59,668 nucleotides of DNA from Pseudomonadota bacterium (GCA_041163625.1 JBEARB010000120.1:1-59668), one strand, 5' to 3'. Positions 30,801-39,461 are shown, counted from the first letter of the stretch. The notes: generated from the letters alone by a model not told the origin. Numbers and translations are program-made.

Positions 30801-33790
30801 GCGAGAACTGCAAGTCGTGCCCGACCGATTGCGGCACCTGCACGCCGATCTGCGGCGACGGCACCTGCGACGCGACCAGCGGCGAGAACTGCGCCAGCTG
30901 CGCCAAGGACTGCGGCGTCTGCCCGAGCAACGACGGCTGCGCGGTCTCGCCGGCCGCGGGCTGTGACGGCTGCGGCTGCGAGAAATGCGTCTGCGACGCC
31001 GACCCGTTCTGCTGCGCGACCGCCTGGGACGAGGGCTGCGTCAAGCTCTGCCAGGGCCAATGCGGCGGCTGCGGACCGGTCTGCACACCGAAATGCGACG
31101 GCAAGAGCTGTGGCAGTGACGGCTGCGGCGGCACCTGCGGCACCTGCCCGGCGGGCGCGGTCTGCGACGCCAACGGCCAGTGCAACGTCAAGCCGGGCAG
31201 CTGTGGCGACGGCGTGTGCAGCCCGAGCCAGGGCGAGGATTGCCAGACCTGCGCGGGCGATTGCGGCGCCTGCCCCGAGGTCTGCGGCGATGGCCAGTGC
31301 AAGCCCGGCGAGAGCTGCAAGAGCTGCCCGACCGACTGCGGCGTCTGCCCGCCGACCTGCGGCAACGGCACCTGCAACGAGGGGGAGACCTGCCAGAGCT
31401 GCAAGGCCGACTGCTGCCCGACGCCCTCGTGCGGCAACCTGCAGTGCAACCCCGACGCGGGCGAGACCTGCGACAACTGCCCGCAGGATTGCGGCCTCTG
31501 CCCGTGCACCAAGACCTGCACCGGCAAGGTCTGCGGCGACGACGGCTGTGGCGGCTCGTGTGGCAGCTGCAAGGCGACCGAATACTGCTCGGCGTCGGGC
31601 CAATGCGTCTGCGCGCCCGACTGCAACGGCAAACAATGCGGCGGCGACGGCTGTGGCGGCACCTGCGGCAGCTGCGCCGGCGACACCCAATGCAACGCCG
31701 GCACCGGACTGTGCGTGCCCAAATGCGTGCCGAGCTGCGGCAACAAGACCTGTGGCAGCGACGGCTGCGGTGGCGTCTGCGGCACCTGCGCCGGCGGCCA
31801 GACCTGCGTGCAGGGCCAATGCGTGAAGCCGGCCGAGTGTTTCGACGACATCGACTGCGACGACAAGGACAAGTGCACCATCGACTATTGCGCCAGCGGC
31901 GTGTGCGCGCACCAGCCCTCGAGCTCGCCGGCGTGCTGCCCCGACGCCGACAAGGACGGGATCTGCGACCCGGTCGACAACTGCCCGAAGGTGAGCAACG
32001 CCGGCCAGCAGGACGCCGACAAGGACGGCACGGGCGACGCCTGCGACGACGATATCGACAACGACGGCCTCGCCAACGCCAAGGACAACTGCCCCAACGT
32101 CTTCAACCCGACGCAGCTCGACACCGACGGCGACGGCGCCGGCGACCTCTGCGATACCGACGACGACGACGACGGCGTGGCCGACCCGATCGACAACTGC
32201 CCGCTGGTCAAGAACGGCAGCCAGCAGGACGCCGACAGCGACAAGGTCGGCGACGCCTGCGACCTCTGCCCGGCGGTGGCCGACGACGGCAAGACCGACG
32301 GCGACAAGGACGGCGTCGGCGACGCTTGCGACAACTGCAAGCAGACGCCGAACAAGGACCAGAAGGACCTGGACGACGACGGCATCGGCGATGTCTGCGA
32401 CAGCGACCGCGACGGCGACGGCTACCCCAACGCCAGCGATTGCGCGCCCGACGAGCCCGCCGCGCCCTTCGCCATCGACGTGCCCTGCAACGGCATCGAC
32501 GACAACTGCAACGGCAGCACCGACGAGGCGGCGGTGGCGCTGTGGAATTGGAACGTCGACACCGAGGGTTGGACCTTCTCGCCCAAGCAGCAGAACGTCG
32601 GCTGGCAGCGCAGCGAGGTCGAGAGCTGGTCCAAGCCCGGCGCGCTCTACTACGGCAACGGCACCAACTACGCGACCGGCGGCCAGCCGAACAGCGGCAC
32701 CGCGACCTCGCCGGTCGTGCAGCTACCGCTGACCAAGACCTTGGTGCTCGCGTTCCGCTACCTCTACGCGGTCGAGGGCGGCACGACCTACGATCGGATC
32801 ACGCTCTCGGTCGCGAGCGAGACCGACGGCTTCGCGAAGTACACCGAGATCCTCAAGACCGGCGCCGACAAAATCGTGATGAAATGGGCCGCACAGCTGC
32901 TCGACATCAGCAAATACGCCGGTCAGCGCGTGCGCTTCCGCTTCACCTTCGAGACGGTCGACGGCGTCGAGAACAACTACCTCGGCGTGGTCATCGACGA
33001 TTTCGCGATCTCGGCACCGGGCACGCCCTCGCAGGACAGCGACAAGGACGGCAAGCCCGACGCCTGTGACAGCGACGACGACAACGACGGCGTCGCCGAC
33101 GGCAGCGACAACTGCCCTACCCTCGCCAACGCCGACCAGAAGGACAGCGACAAGGACGGCGCCGGCGACGCCTGCGACAGCGACGACGACAACGACGGCG
33201 TGCCCGACGGCGCCGACAACTGTCCGACCGTGCCCAACCCCGACCAGAAGGACACCGACAAGGACGGCAAGGGCGACGTCTGCGACGAGGGCAGCAGCGC
33301 CCTGCCCTGGTTCGAGAAGTTCGACGGGTACCTGCTGACCTTCGCCGAGGGCGGCTGGTCGTCGGTGGTCGAGCCCGGCTTCGGCGCCACCGATATCTGG
33401 GTGCTCAACGGCACGGGCAACAAGCGCGCGCAGCTCTCGGCCAACGGTAGCTTGCCGAACCTCAAGCAGGTCGCGGCCTGGCTGATCGGCCCGGCGGTCC
33501 CGGTCGGCACGACCAAATCGGCCAAGCTGGGCTTCACGCTGAACTTCAGCACCAGCGGCGCGCCGGGCGGCATCTCGGTGCCCTCGACGCTGAGCGTCCG
33601 GGCCTCGACCGACGGCGGCCAGACCTGGTCGTTGGTCGGCACCATCAACGTGCAGAGCGGCACGCAGACCTACAGCCTCGCGCTGGACCCGTATTTCAAG
33701 GGCTCGGGCGCGATGCAGGTCGCGTTCTACCTGAACGGCATCGCGTTCGGGCAGCCGCGCTGGCGGATCGACGACGTCTCGATCCAATGA
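27866..33790 (+). CDS. Giant (1974 aa) Cys-rich tandem-repeat surface lipoprotein with thrombospondin type-3 calcium-binding repeats
   Basis: Start MHRPCSRPLSLLLFALLALAACSP (lipobox) with GGAGGA 6 nt upstream. About 40 copies of a 27-aa unit CGDGxC(x4-6)GESCxxCxxDCGxCP are interrupted three times by a 45-aa module GCxxxxTPGCxGCxCExCVCxxDPxCCxxAWDxxCVxxC. Five CxGKxCGxDGCGGxCGxC modules follow. Two blocks of DxDxDGxGDxCD (TSP3-like) repeats follow, then a C-terminal beta-rich domain. The stop overlaps the suhB start (ATGA). Confidence 0.8.
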   Translation: MHRPCSRPLSLLLFALLALAACSPSKDQPVQGFTNPFADVQDDGGKVTPDTQTDGGGTGGGGACKVDADCQTGEICHPQLGFCYALPCTPGETRCLGPYVVTCAADGQSLEPAPKLCPSGTVCKAGACQLAGCGDGVCAAGEGESCQSCTTDCGSCPETCGNGVCAPTESCADCPGDCGPCGGGAGCQASETPGCSGCACESCVCKVDPACCSGAWDEACVALCQQCGSPCEASCGDGTCEPKAGESCKTCPGDCGECPASCGDGICAAKQGESCQSCAADCGTCASCGDGVCAPAFGESCDTCAADCGACKVCGDGICNVLGGESCNSCPADCGKCTATCGDGICDPKGGESCGTCKEDCGGCELCGDGVCGAATGETCGTCATDCGACPSCGDGTCQPQNGESCDTCPGDCGVCKPTCGDGLCEPPKGESCSVCPDDCGACPASCGDGSCNGNETCSSCAGDCGPCKPVCGDATCNGTETCKSCPGDCGDCPPSCGDGKCLGDESCTLCPAECGSCPPSCGDGKCNGLEACQTCPEDCGPCKPTCGDGACNASETCSSCPADCKACPTSCGDGLCNGSESCKTCPGDCGACPASCGDGLCTPSAGESCQTCPTDCGSCPATCGDGLCEPAKGESCGSCAKDCGSCPGQCGDGLCAPASGESCATCPGDCGACPGKCGDGLCTPKDGETCSNCAADCGSCPQACGDGVCSPVAGESCSTCEKDCGPCQPDACGDGVCSATVGESCKSCPKDCGACSDGCTPTKTPGCDGCGCEACVCAKDPFCCNTAWDNICVNACGADCGGGCKGVCGNGTCEANAGETCSSCAKDCGACPNSCGDGKCDPALAETCSTCAADCGPCGPTCGDGQCDLAAGESCKTCTKDCGDCPAVCGDGQCAASESCTSCSKDCGPCPAVCGNGQCEAALGESCKSCVSDCGACPAVCGDGQCNPLLGEDCSTCPKDCTFCPPKCGDGVCSPTDGENCKSCPTDCGTCTPICGDGTCDATSGENCASCAKDCGVCPSNDGCAVSPAAGCDGCGCEKCVCDADPFCCATAWDEGCVKLCQGQCGGCGPVCTPKCDGKSCGSDGCGGTCGTCPAGAVCDANGQCNVKPGSCGDGVCSPSQGEDCQTCAGDCGACPEVCGDGQCKPGESCKSCPTDCGVCPPTCGNGTCNEGETCQSCKADCCPTPSCGNLQCNPDAGETCDNCPQDCGLCPCTKTCTGKVCGDDGCGGSCGSCKATEYCSASGQCVCAPDCNGKQCGGDGCGGTCGSCAGDTQCNAGTGLCVPKCVPSCGNKTCGSDGCGGVCGTCAGGQTCVQGQCVKPAECFDDIDCDDKDKCTIDYCASGVCAHQPSSSPACCPDADKDGICDPVDNCPKVSNAGQQDADKDGTGDACDDDIDNDGLANAKDNCPNVFNPTQLDTDGDGAGDLCDTDDDDDGVADPIDNCPLVKNGSQQDADSDKVGDACDLCPAVADDGKTDGDKDGVGDACDNCKQTPNKDQKDLDDDGIGDVCDSDRDGDGYPNASDCAPDEPAAPFAIDVPCNGIDDNCNGSTDEAAVALWNWNVDTEGWTFSPKQQNVGWQRSEVESWSKPGALYYGNGTNYATGGQPNSGTATSPVVQLPLTKTLVLAFRYLYAVEGGTTYDRITLSVASETDGFAKYTEILKTGADKIVMKWAAQLLDISKYAGQRVRFRFTFETVDGVENNYLGVVIDDFAISAPGTPSQDSDKDGKPDACDSDDDNDGVADGSDNCPTLANADQKDSDKDGAGDACDSDDDNDGVPDGADNCPTVPNPDQKDTDKDGKGDVCDEGSSALPWFEKFDGYLLTFAEGGWSSVVEPGFGATDIWVLNGTGNKRAQLSANGSLPNLKQVAAWLIGPAVPVGTTKSAKLGFTLNFSTSGAPGGISVPSTLSVRASTDGGQTWSLVGTINVQSGTQTYSLALDPYFKGSGAMQVAFYLNGIAFGQPRWRIDDVSIQ
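28257..31503 (+). repeat. In-frame 81-bp coding tandem repeat array (about 40 units) inside the giant lipoprotein gene
   Basis: The unit tgcggcgacggc..tgc...ggcgagagctgc..acctgc..gattgcggc.cctgcccg recurs visibly, with high nucleotide identity between neighbouring units (e.g. 28560-29520). Confidence 0.7.
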
Positions 33791-34656
33791 GCCTCGCCCC
33801 CGAATTGGTGCCGCGGCTGAAGATCGCGTTGCGGGCGGCCGAGACCGCCGGCGCGATCTTGATGTCGCACTTCGCCGAGCGGACAAGGCCGGGCAAGCGC
33901 TTGATCGCCGACGAGAAGTCGTCGATCGACCTGGTCACCGCCGCCGACCGCGCGTCGGAGGCCTGTATCCTGGGCGAATTGCGCGCCGCCTTCCCGGACG
34001 ACGCGCTGCTCGGCGAGGAGCAGGACGGCAAGGACGCCATCGCCCGCATCGCCGCCGCGCAGCGGGCCGACCCCGCGCGGCTGTGCTGGGTCGTCGACCC
34101 GCTCGACGGCACCACCAACTTCGCCCACGGCCACCTGCAGTTCGGCGTCTCGATTGGGCTGCTGAGGGGCACCGAGCCGGTGCTCGGCGTGGTCTTCGCG
34201 CCGGCGCGGCGGGAGATCTTCGTCGGCGGAGAGGGGCTGCGCGCGACCTGCAACGGTGAGGGCATCGGCGTCAGCGGCATCGGCGCGCTCGAGCAGGCGC
34301 TGCTCGGCACCGGCTTCCCCTACGACCGCCGCGACCACCTGCCGGCGCTGCTCGCGCGGGTCGGCGAGGCGCTGCGATGCAGCCAAGGCGTGCGGCGCGC
34401 CGGCTCGGCAGCGCTGGACCTCTGCGAGCTCGCTGCGGGTCGACTCGACGGCTTCTGGGAGGAGCGCCTCGCCCCCTGGGACCTTACCGCCGGCTGCGCG
34501 ATCCTCGACGCCGCCGGTGGCCGCCGCACCGACGCGGGCGGCGCGGCACACGACGTCTTCGGGGCCGCCACCGTCGCGAGCAACGGCTTGGTGCACGGCG
34601 CGTTGCTCGAGTTGCTCGCCATCGCGGACGCGGAAGCCGCGAGCCGCGCGCGCTGA
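33787..34656 (+). CDS. suhB: Inositol monophosphatase family protein
   Basis: It has the IMPase motifs WVVDPLDGTTNFAHG and AAGRLDGFWEERLAPWDLTAGCAIL(DAAGG). It is 289 aa and its start overlaps the upstream stop. Confidence 0.8.
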   Translation: MSLAPELVPRLKIALRAAETAGAILMSHFAERTRPGKRLIADEKSSIDLVTAADRASEACILGELRAAFPDDALLGEEQDGKDAIARIAAAQRADPARLCWVVDPLDGTTNFAHGHLQFGVSIGLLRGTEPVLGVVFAPARREIFVGGEGLRATCNGEGIGVSGIGALEQALLGTGFPYDRRDHLPALLARVGEALRCSQGVRRAGSAALDLCELAAGRLDGFWEERLAPWDLTAGCAILDAAGGRRTDAGGAAHDVFGAATVASNGLVHGALLELLAIADAEAASRAR

Positions 34657-34728
34657 ATCCGGCGTCCGCCGACGCCTACCGGAATAGCCGGACTTCGCGC
34701 CGGTTTCTCCCATGGACGGAGGAGCCCG

Positions 34729-35367
34729 ATGCTCGAGACCTGTAGAACCTGCGGCGGCGACGTCGGCGAACGCGAGCCGCGCTGCCCACGCTGCGGCACG
34801 ACCCGACGCCGGACGCAGCCTACGGCGGAGAGCGCCGCGGCGGCGGCAGCCCTGCGCCGCGCCGTGGCGCGTTGCCCTCGTTGCGCGGCCGCGATGTCGA
34901 CCGTCACCATCGAGGACGACGCGATCGACGTCTGCTCGGGCTGTGGCGGCACCTGGTACGACTCCGGCGAGTTCGAGGCCCATATCGAGCGGATGCAACG
35001 CCGCGGCGCGCCACCAGCGGCCTCGAGCGCCAACACACCGCGCGCAGAGCAGCGCATCGTCTATCTGGATTGCCCGCGCTGCGGCGAGAAGATGCACCGC
35101 AAGGCCTTCGACAAGACATCGGGTGTGATCGTCGATGTTTGCGCCGACCACGGGGTCTTCCTCGACCCGGGCGAGCTCGCCGCCATCCTGCGCTACCTCG
35201 CCGACGACGACGTCCGTGATGCGAACCGCAAGCGCGCCGACCAAGTATGGGCGGCGGCGATGGCGATGCAGGCGAGCCGGCCGCCGAGCGCCATGCAGGT
35301 CCTGGCGCGCGACCGTCGCTATCGGCGTAGCTGGTACCGTGGTCTGGGCTGGTGGCTCTGGTTCTGA
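34729..35367 (+). CDS. Triple zinc-ribbon (zf-TFIIB-like) domain protein with a Trp-rich C-terminal tail
   Basis: GGAGGAG RBS. Three CxxC...CxxC ribbons are present: CRTCGG...CPRCG; CPRCAAAM...CSGCGGTWYDSGEF; CPRCGEKMHRKAFD...VIVDVCADHGVFLDPGEL. The C-terminus reads RRSWYRGLGWWLWF. Confidence 0.65.
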   Translation: MLETCRTCGGDVGEREPRCPRCGTTRRRTQPTAESAAAAAALRRAVARCPRCAAAMSTVTIEDDAIDVCSGCGGTWYDSGEFEAHIERMQRRGAPPAASSANTPRAEQRIVYLDCPRCGEKMHRKAFDKTSGVIVDVCADHGVFLDPGELAAILRYLADDDVRDANRKRADQVWAAAMAMQASRPPSAMQVLARDRRYRRSWYRGLGWWLWF

Positions 35368-35406
35368 GCGGCTGCGCTCGGCCAACGGATCGCCAAGGGC
35401 TCCGGT

Positions 35407-37554
35407 CTACTTCGCGGCGCCCGCCTCGATCCACGACTTGACCAGCGCCGAGAGCGCCGGCGAGACCGCCCCGCTCGGCGGCATCACGCCGCCGCAACCG
35501 TAGTTCGCCCCGGCCGTGATCTTCAGATAGAGCACGCTGGCGTCGGCGTTGCCCGGCTGCACGTACAGCGCCGCGGCGCAGTCGAAGCCGGCCGGCTTGC
35601 CGACCAGCGCGTTGTACGCGCTGTCCGAGGTCGAGCCCAGGCCCAGGCCCCCGCTGCCGAACTTGTTGCCGTGACAGCCGCTGACGCAGCCCTCCGCGAC
35701 GATGACCTTCTGGTAGACCTCGGTCCACGTCGCCGTCGTGGTGCCACAGCCGCTGATGGCGGAATGGGTACAGCCGCCGGAATTGGCATCGCAGGCGTCG
35801 GCGGTGCAGGCGTCGCCGTCGTCGCAGGTCTTCGGCGAGCCCGCCTTGCAGCCGCCGCCCGAACAGAGGTCGCCGTCGGTACACGAGTTGCCGTCGTCGC
35901 AGCCCGACGCGTTGTTGGCGTACTGACAGCCCGAGTTCGGGGTGCAGAGGTCGTTGGTGCAGGCGTTGCCGTCGTCACAATCGGCGTTGCTGGCGCAGGT
36001 GCCGCCCGTGCAGCCCGCGATCGCGGCGTGCGAGCAGGCGCCGGTCGCGCCGCCGCAGGCGTCGGTGGTGCAGGCGTCCTTGTCGTCGCAATCCTTGGCG
36101 GCACCGCCGGTGCATGTGCCGCTGGCACAGACGTCCCCGACCGAGCAGGCGTTGCCGTCGTTGCAGGGCTTGGCGTTGGCGACGTGGGTACACCCGGTGG
36201 CGCTGGCGCAAGCGTCGTCGGTGCAGGCGTTGCCGTCGTCGCAATCGACGGGGTCGCCGCCGAAGCATTCCGCGAGCTTGCAGACATCCCCCGCCGTGCA
36301 GGCGTTGCCGTCGTCGCAGGGGTCGGTGGAGGGCACCTGCACGCAGCCCTTTCCCTTCTGGCAGCTCGGCTTCACGCAGGGGTTGTCGCTCGTGCAGTCG
36401 GCGTCGCTCTGACAGTTGGCGCCCCCGGCGCAGCCCGGGCCTGGCGTATGGCTACACAAGCCGGTCGCGCTGTTGCAGGCATCGGAAGTACAGGCCTGGC
36501 CGTCGTCGCAGGCGTTGGGCACGCCGGCCTTGCAGGCTTTGTCGGTGCAGATGTCGCCGACCGTGCAAGCGTTGCCGTCGCTGCAAGCCGCGGCGTTGGC
36601 TGCGTGGGCGCAGCCGCTACCGGCGGCGCAGGCGTCGTCGGTGCAGGGCTCACCGTCGTCGCAGTTGGTGGCCACGCCGATGCAGGCGCCGGCGGCGCAG
36701 GTATCGGCCTGCGTACAGGCGTCTCCGTCGTCGCAGAGCGCCGCGTTGTCGGCGTGCTGGCAGCCGGCGGCGGGATCACAAGTGTCGTCGGTGCAGGGAT
36801 TGGCGTCGTCGCAGATCGCGTTGCCGGACGCGGAGAACGGCGTGCCGACGCAGTTGCCGCCTTTGCAGCCATCGCCGCTGGTACAGGCGTTGCCGTCGCT
36901 GCAACCGGCTTGGTTCGGCGAAGCGACACAGCCCTTGTCGGCCTCGCAGGTGTCGTCGGTGCAGGGGTTGCCGTCGTCACAGCTCAAGGCGGCGCCGCCG
37001 CACACGCCGGCGCTGCAGGCGTCGGGGCCGGTGCAGGCGTCCCCGTCGTCGCAGCTCGTGCCGTCGGGCCGGGCGATCTCCGAGCAGGCGCCGGTCGATG
37101 GCGCGCAGGCGGATACCAGGCAGGGGTTGCTGCTCGGGGTGCAGGTCACCGCGGAGTCGGGCTTGGGCTCGCAGAAGCCGACGCCCCCTGCTGTGTTGCA
37201 GTGCCAGATGCCGTTGCAGCGGTCCCCGTCGTCCGAGGCGTCGCAATCGTCGTCGTCGACGCAGGCTGAGCCGGCGCCGTCCGTCAGCGCATCGGCTGCG
37301 TCCCCGCCGTGGCTGCCGTCGTCGCCGTTGGCGTCGGCGTCGTCGTGCGTGTCGGCGTCGTCGTGCGTGTCGGCACCGTCGTGCGTGTCGACAGCGGCGA
37401 CGACGCTGTCGTGGGCGTCGGCACCGACGAGGGCGCTGTCCGCATCGGCGCTCGGCGCCTCGGTGCAGGCGGCGAGCACGATGGCCACGATCATCGAATT
37501 CATCGGCAGGCGCCGAGGCGCGGCACGGCGCTGCCGCAAGACCGTTCGCTTCAT
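35407..37554 (-). CDS. Cys-rich repeat lipoprotein (about 22 CxDGNxCTxDxC-type repeats) with an acidic N-terminal linker and a C-terminal CxxxCH-containing domain
   Basis: Start MKRTVLRQRRAAPRRLPMNSMIVAIVLAAC (lipobox) with GAGG upstream; an alternative ATG at MNSM is 17 codons downstream. It has Asp/His-rich acidic tracts (DTHDDADTHDD) and repeated units such as CDDGNACTDDAC, CDDGDACTQADTC, CSDGNACTVGDIC. The C-terminal region reads VIVAEGCVSGCHGNKFGSGGLGLG...LVKSWIEAGAAK. The extended Arg-rich N-terminus of the track ORF (to 37788) was trimmed. Confidence 0.75.
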   Translation of the reverse strand: MKRTVLRQRRAAPRRLPMNSMIVAIVLAACTEAPSADADSALVGADAHDSVVAAVDTHDGADTHDDADTHDDADANGDDGSHGGDAADALTDGAGSACVDDDDCDASDDGDRCNGIWHCNTAGGVGFCEPKPDSAVTCTPSSNPCLVSACAPSTGACSEIARPDGTSCDDGDACTGPDACSAGVCGGAALSCDDGNPCTDDTCEADKGCVASPNQAGCSDGNACTSGDGCKGGNCVGTPFSASGNAICDDANPCTDDTCDPAAGCQHADNAALCDDGDACTQADTCAAGACIGVATNCDDGEPCTDDACAAGSGCAHAANAAACSDGNACTVGDICTDKACKAGVPNACDDGQACTSDACNSATGLCSHTPGPGCAGGANCQSDADCTSDNPCVKPSCQKGKGCVQVPSTDPCDDGNACTAGDVCKLAECFGGDPVDCDDGNACTDDACASATGCTHVANAKPCNDGNACSVGDVCASGTCTGGAAKDCDDKDACTTDACGGATGACSHAAIAGCTGGTCASNADCDDGNACTNDLCTPNSGCQYANNASGCDDGNSCTDGDLCSGGGCKAGSPKTCDDGDACTADACDANSGGCTHSAISGCGTTTATWTEVYQKVIVAEGCVSGCHGNKFGSGGLGLGSTSDSAYNALVGKPAGFDCAAALYVQPGNADASVLYLKITAGANYGCGGVMPPSGAVSPALSALVKSWIEAGAAK

Positions 37555-37658
37555 CCAAGCCTCATCGGAGCCGCGCGTCCGGACAGAGTCGGGGACGCGT
37601 CGGCGACGGTAGGGAACGCCCGCGAGCGGCGTCAAGTTCGCCGACGCAACGCTGCGCG

Positions 37659-39461
37659 CTATTCCGCGACGTGCGCCTGCAAGATGGCGCGTCGGTCGCC
37701 GCCACGCGGCCCGGCGGCGAGCTCGGGCTCGAGGCGAATTTCCCGGTCGGCATAGCGCGCACCGTGCAGCGCCCAGAAGCGCGACCACGCGCGGTGCCGA
37801 TGGCGCGGCGTCGGCAGGTAGCCCAAGCGCACGCCGCCGGTCAGGTGCACGAGCAGGCGCTCGGCGTTGTCGGCCAGGACCGGATCGGGGCCGCGCAGCA
37901 ACTCGACCAGCGCGGGTCCGAGCGACGCCGCCGGCGCCTGCACCGGCAGACCGACGGCTTCGAAGCCGTCGAGCAGCCAGCGCAACGGTTGCAGGCGTTG
38001 CTGCGAGCGGCTCCAGCCCAGCGCCGCGTCACCATCGGCGAGGCGTCGATTGGCGAGGACCTCGAGCGCGTGGCGCGCGGTGCGGCGCGCGCGCGCGTCC
38101 GGATCGTCGAGCGCCCGCTGCAGGGCTGCGAGTGCGGCGGGATCGGGGCGCTCGGCGAGCCGTCGCGCCACACTCGCGCGAATCTCCGAACGGAGCGTCG
38201 CCGGCCAAGCGAAGCGGAAGCCCTCGGGCTGGTCGGCGAGCAGACCGCGCAGGGCGGCGCCATCGTCGTGGTCGGCCAACTGCACCGCGCGGCGAAGCAG
38301 GGGCAGCGCCTTGGCGGGCGTCCGTTCCGCGCGCGCCGCGCCCAACAGCGCTGCCGTCGCACACGCCGCCTTGCCGGGGCGAAGCGCGGAGAGCGCCTGT
38401 GCGCGCAACGAGCCCCGCTTGTCGTAGCCGGCCGCCCACGCGAGCGCGCGACACGCTTCGTCGTCGAAGGGCGCCCAGGGCTCGAGAACCCCGATCGCGG
38501 CCGCGCGAATCCGCCACCTGCGGTCGGTCAACGCGAGCGCAGCCCGGTCGACGCGAGCGCGCAGCGCTTCTCGCACATCCGACGCCCAGGGCCAGCGCGG
38601 GTCCTCGTCGACGCAGCCGCCCGCGATCTCCTCTGCGCTGCAGAGCAAGCGGACGTGCAGGTGATCGTCGTGGCGACCGGCGTGACTCGGCTCCTCGAGC
38701 ACCTGACGCGCTCGGTCGAGCAAGCTCGGGTCCGCACCCTGCTGCTCGGCGTGGGCCAGGATCACGCGACGCAGCGGCTCGGCGAGGTAGAGGTGCGCGA
38801 CATCGACGCTCGGATCGGTGAGCAGCGTCGCCACGAGGTTCCAGTTCCGCGCGACGTCGAAGCGCACCTTGCGGCGGCGATAGCGACCGTTGCCGTGTTC
38901 GTCGAAGTGCACGAAGCCGTCGGGCGAGGTCGGCTTGCCGGCGGCATCGACGGCGTAGAGCGGGAAGTCCACGTCGCGGCCGGCGGCGTGGCTGTGGCTC
39001 CACTTCATGTCGCCGCCGCCCTGCAGGCTCAGGTTTCCAACGCGCAATACCACGCCGGCGTGCTCGGGGAGCGCCGCGAGTCGCTGCGCCGTGCGCAGGA
39101 CGAACGCGACCAAGCGCGGCGATCCGAAGCCGGTGCCACGCTCGCGTACGACCGAGAGGCGCTGCATCGTGGAGGTGCGAGCCGGCAACTCGACGCCACC
39201 GGGCAGCGAGCCCTCGTGGCAGGTGCCGACGGTCGGGCTCCCGGCGAGGGCGTCACGATGTCGAGCCGGGCCGGTGGCCGCTTCGCTGCCCGTCGGAACG
39301 AGCGCGAAGGCGCCGACGATCGCGGCCAGAACGCCGCGGACGACGGGATTCGATCCCGAACGCGCCCCCCGGCAACCCACGATCGCGCGCCCGAACGCGG
39401 CCACGAGGCCGGTCGGGTCATCCACCGAGGCGAGCGCCTCGACTGGTCGCGGGTGCCGCAT
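37659..39461 (-). CDS. Penicillin-insensitive murein endopeptidase (MepA, peptidase M74)-like domain fused to C-terminal HEAT/ARM-like repeats
   Basis: Start MRHPRPVEALASV with GGAGGG upstream. A signal-like segment follows. M74 zinc-site motifs are present (KWSHSHAAGRDVDF, RHDDHLHVRL). The C-terminal roughly 300 aa are Ala/Leu/Arg-rich helical repeats (HEAT-like). The coordinate 39461 is derived from the ORF-track frame; my manual base count in that line differed by 1. Confidence 0.7.
   Translation of the reverse strand: MRHPRPVEALASVDDPTGLVAAFGRAIVGCRGARSGSNPVVRGVLAAIVGAFALVPTGSEAATGPARHRDALAGSPTVGTCHEGSLPGGVELPARTSTMQRLSVVRERGTGFGSPRLVAFVLRTAQRLAALPEHAGVVLRVGNLSLQGGGDMKWSHSHAAGRDVDFPLYAVDAAGKPTSPDGFVHFDEHGNGRYRRRKVRFDVARNWNLVATLLTDPSVDVAHLYLAEPLRRVILAHAEQQGADPSLLDRARQVLEEPSHAGRHDDHLHVRLLCSAEEIAGGCVDEDPRWPWASDVREALRARVDRAALALTDRRWRIRAAAIGVLEPWAPFDDEACRALAWAAGYDKRGSLRAQALSALRPGKAACATAALLGAARAERTPAKALPLLRRAVQLADHDDGAALRGLLADQPEGFRFAWPATLRSEIRASVARRLAERPDPAALAALQRALDDPDARARRTARHALEVLANRRLADGDAALGWSRSQQRLQPLRWLLDGFEAVGLPVQAPAASLGPALVELLRGPDPVLADNAERLLVHLTGGVRLGYLPTPRHRHRAWSRFWALHGARYADREIRLEPELAAGPRGGDRRAILQAHVAE

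Noticed and set aside
28257-31503. Possibility that the long regular tandem repeats are a CRISPR array
   Set aside because: The repeats are contiguous, in frame and coding, with no unique spacers, no leader and no cas genes anywhere in the window.
27797-31912. 1371-aa minus-strand ORF, and the 504/543-aa minus-strand ORFs at 28005-29790
   Set aside because: They are antisense images of the Cys-repeat gene. The translation is poly-Ala/Gly/Arg (or Ser/Pro/Gln in the other frame) with the same periodicity. The plus frame has a lipobox, an RBS and structured Cys motifs.
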